From positions 16,087 through 80,086 of the forward strand of contig CAWIIV010000013.1 in assembly GCA_963836205.1 (NCBI GenBank): DNA of 64,000 bases. Reading direction: 5' to 3'. The notes beneath the pieces were generated by a model. It made no database searches, was not told where the DNA came from, and worked only from the letters and a program-made list of their open reading frames with translations. Position 1 is the stretch's first letter. Each line of letters starts with the position of its first letter. Shown in pieces: positions 61,274 through 64,000 of the stretch. This stretch comes from an uncultured Acidimicrobiia bacterium (lineage in GTDB: Bacteria; Actinomycetota; Acidimicrobiia; Acidimicrobiales; AC-14). A program made the position numbers and the translations under genes.

Positions 61274-61567
61274 ATGACCCCGAACGACGTGATCCAGGCC
61301 CTGACCAGCGGCGACCTCGACGGCATCGAAGCCGCGATCAAGCCCGAGCTGCGGGAGATCGTGGCCGTGCCGGCCGTCGCGCAGCTGTGGGCCGAGGCCA
61401 CCGAGCACCTCGGCGCCTACGTCGAGCCGGGCGAGGGCGTCGTCATGCACGACCTGACCCTGGTCTTCGAGCGAGGCGTCGCCCACCTCCAGGTCGTCTA
61501 CATCGGCGACGAGATCACCGGCCTCACCATGCGTCCGGGCCACCCCACCGCCCGCTACGGCGAGTAA
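61274..61567 (+). CDS. Small hypothetical protein
   Basis: GC3-biased ORF. Confidence 0.55.
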   Translation: MTPNDVIQALTSGDLDGIEAAIKPELREIVAVPAVAQLWAEATEHLGAYVEPGEGVVMHDLTLVFERGVAHLQVVYIGDEITGLTMRPGHPTARYGE

Positions 61568-61724
61568 CGGCGCGGCCGTGATCGGCGGTATCGGCGCTCC
61601 GTCGGTACGCTGACGCTGACGGTCCAGAGTCGGGCCGGTCGGGGAGACGGCGGATGGGTCGAGTACTGCAGTCTGACGGCGGCGTTGCGATGCGTACCGC
61701 CCGAGTTCGAAACACGAGCCCGGG

Positions 61725-62489
61725 GTGAGCGTGCACGCGCAGCCGCCCCCCGAGCTCGCGAGCGCACGGACGGCCTCGCTCAGCCTCTCCCTGCTCGGAC
61801 ACTTCGAGTTGCGGGACGGCGACACTCGGATCGCGCTGCCCGGCAGCGCGCAGCGCCTCCTCGCCTTCCTGGCCCTTGGAGGCGCGGTGAGGAGGGCAGC
61901 GGCGGCGGGCAGCCTGTGGCCGGAAGCCTCCGAGGTCCATGCCTTCGGCAACCTGCGCTCCGCCCTGTCTCGTCTGGGTGCGACGGGGCACCAGGCGGTG
62001 CGGGCCGATGCCGTCGACCTCGAGCTCCAGTCAGGTGTTCCGGTCGACATCCTGGCCGCTCGGGAGTTGGCGCTACGCCTGCTGGCACCTGGTCCGCCGA
62101 CGCCGTCGGAGCTCAGCCCGACGTCGGTCGTCGTCCTGTCGGCCGAGCTGCTCCCGGGTTGGTACGACGACTGGGTGGTGGTCGAGGCGGAGGACTGGCG
62201 CCAACGTCGTCTCCACGGGCTCGAGGCTCTCGCCGGCCACCTCACCCGGGCCGGGCGCTACGGGGAGGCCGTGCTGGCTGCCGGGGCGGCGGTGCGAGCG
62301 GAACCGCTGCGGGAGAGTGCCCACGGCGTCCTCATAGCGGTGCACCTGGCCGAGGGCAACAATGGCGAGGCCCTCAACCAGTTCGAACGACTACGCGTCC
62401 TGTTGTGGGCGGAACTGCGGCTGGAGCCCAGCGCTCGGGTCAGGGCGCTCCTGTCGACGATCGAAATCGGGTCGCCCGCCAGCACGTGA
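61725..62489 (+). CDS. SARP-family (OmpR-like wHTH + BTAD) regulator
   Basis: LLGHFEL, LWPE, NLRSALSRL, EPLRES, ELRLEPS. Confidence 0.88.
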   Translation: MSVHAQPPPELASARTASLSLSLLGHFELRDGDTRIALPGSAQRLLAFLALGGAVRRAAAAGSLWPEASEVHAFGNLRSALSRLGATGHQAVRADAVDLELQSGVPVDILAARELALRLLAPGPPTPSELSPTSVVVLSAELLPGWYDDWVVVEAEDWRQRRLHGLEALAGHLTRAGRYGEAVLAAGAAVRAEPLRESAHGVLIAVHLAEGNNGEALNQFERLRVLLWAELRLEPSARVRALLSTIEIGSPAST

Positions 62490-62571
62490 GTACCGGTAAC
62501 GCCGCGGTAACGCGGCCGGAGGGAGGATCGGCGGAGCGCCAACGGCGGCGTCGTAGTCGAGGAGGACTCGG

Positions 62572-63240
62572 ATGCGTGACAGCAATGCGTTGAAGGCCAG
62601 GATGACGCGCTCCTCACGTCGTCGCCGATCGATGCACCTGCGCCGGCTGGTCACCCTCGCCTGCGCGATGTCGCTCATCCTCATCGGCCTGGACGCTCCC
62701 GTGGCGGTTGCAGCGACGTACAACGGCGGAGCCACGGTCGTCGTGAAGCCGGTGGGAGGCGAGGCGTCGGTCGATGTCGGCACCGTCGTCTGCCGGCCGG
62801 GGACGAACTCGGGGACGGGTGGCGCGTGCGTCCCCTTCGGCACCGGGAACGCCATCCGGGTCAACGACATCGTCGCCGGGAGCGCCGTTGCGTTCCAGGT
62901 CTGCATCGACAACGACGGGAACGGGAAATGCGGAGGTCTGCCGACGGTTCCCAACTGCTTCGATCGGGTGTTCTACAGCCACAATGACGCCGGCACCATC
63001 TTCAACCCGCTGGGCCCGCTCCCGACCGGCTTCAACGCCGGCTGTCCCGGCGGCAAGTTCAAGGGTTACATCGTCTTCCTCTGCCAGGGGGTGCACATCG
63101 ACGGCAACATCCCCCATGTGCACATAGCCAGATCGGGAACGGCCACGTTGGTCACCGGCGGCACTGGCTTCGGCAACTTCTGCGGCCCGCTCGAGGCCTT
63201 CGACCCCCGGTTCCCCCCGAAGACCTACTACGTGCTGTAG
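62572..63240 (+). CDS. Secreted Cys/Gly-rich protein
   Basis: Signal peptide ending AVAA, several Cys, CIDNDGNGKC. Confidence 0.65.
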   Translation: MRDSNALKARMTRSSRRRRSMHLRRLVTLACAMSLILIGLDAPVAVAATYNGGATVVVKPVGGEASVDVGTVVCRPGTNSGTGGACVPFGTGNAIRVNDIVAGSAVAFQVCIDNDGNGKCGGLPTVPNCFDRVFYSHNDAGTIFNPLGPLPTGFNAGCPGGKFKGYIVFLCQGVHIDGNIPHVHIARSGTATLVTGGTGFGNFCGPLEAFDPRFPPKTYYVL

Positions 63241-63317
63241 CGCCACCCGGGCCACGGGCCGAGGTTGCCGCCCCGCCTTGGCAGCCACATACGCCCGCCC
63301 GCTACAGCCGGTGATCA

Positions 63318-63357
63318 TTGACCCGCTGATTCTGACGCTCTAAAATTCAGTGTCATG
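63318..63357 (+). promoter_or_regulatory. Sigma70-type promoter TTGACC-N17-TAAAAT, 8 nt before an ATG that abuts intron copy 2
   Basis: Near-consensus -35/-10 with 17-nt spacer. Confidence 0.75.
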
Positions 63358-64000
63358 GTGCGTCCTCGAAGCTGGACCAGACCAGCGGGTGTGAGTCCCG
63401 CCCGGGTAATCGCCGGAGAGCCCGGTAGCAGGCCCCGGTTCGTCGCCGAGAGGCGGCGGGCTGAGCGGGGCGTCAAGAGCCTCTTCGGAGGGAGCAAGCG
63501 TGCGGGCCGTAGCGCCACCAGGCGTGAGTCCTGCAGCCTCGTCAGATGTACAACGGGGGAGCCGAGCCGCTCATGTCACGGCCAAGGCCCACGTCCGACC
63601 GACTGGCGTTCCGGAATGCCCCTGGTCGGGTCCCCCCGGGGTATGGGGAGCGGCACGTACGCAAGGTCAGGTTCGGAAGGGGAGAGACCCGTCTGCGCAG
63701 CCTCGTCAGCAAAGACCGCTCGTATAAGCCAGTGGTGAAATCGAGCGGAGCGCAGCGGGAGTCCGACGGGGTCGTAGTACCGCCAGCCGGCGGGAAGGGC
63801 CCCGACTTTGGTCACGCCGACGATGGGGGTAAGCACAAGGGCATGGCCGGGACCGCCCGGTCCAAATCCCCCGCCGGGCAGACGCCCGTCGACAACGTGC
63901 GAAAACTCCAGAACCGGCTATGGGCTGCGGCCAAGCAGTCTCCGGGTCGCCGCTTCCACGCCCTGTACGACCGCATCCACCGGAGTGACGTCCTGTGGGA
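63358..64000 (+). mobile_element. Group II intron, copy 2 (5' part, runs off the window)
   Basis: GTGCG 5' end; long near-identity to 24979-25640. Confidence 0.92.
63843..64000 (+). CDS. ltrA: Group II intron RT/maturase N-terminus (partial)
   Basis: VRKLQNRLWAAAKQSPGRRFHALYDRI, matching copy 1. Confidence 0.88.
   Translation, partial: MAGTARSKSPAGQTPVDNVRKLQNRLWAAAKQSPGRRFHALYDRIHRSDVLW

Overview
High-GC actinobacterial chromosomal DNA; the gene set looks Acidimicrobiia-like (inferred, not searched). In order, it contains a peptide ABC transporter, a GAF-PP2C phosphatase facing a KaiC-like ATPase, bioD and hrcA-dnaJ-rsmE. A ~12 kb block follows with a BldD-like c-di-GMP regulator, a small TA pair, LysM and pseudokinase genes, a Tad/Flp pilus operon and a BldC-like HTH gene. 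After it come hit-phoH-ybeY-CBS-era, arfB, rpsO-pnp-M16 peptidase-dapB, ABC exporters, defence-gene remnants, a fused VapB-VapC, a sugar ABC importer, an MTase-Mug fusion, a patatin, a TCS/ABC module and a SARP regulator. The most striking element is a pair of related group II introns (24979-26935, and 63358 to the window end). Both sit immediately after a CATG that lies 7-8 nt downstream of a -10 box, which is leaderless start-codon geometry. Both carry CAUG in the candidate EBS1 loop, and the complete copy ends in ...ACCAATG, restoring the ATG of the host hit gene. Several single-base frameshifts in conserved genes suggest sequencing or assembly indels. All calls rest on motif recognition; no database searches were run.
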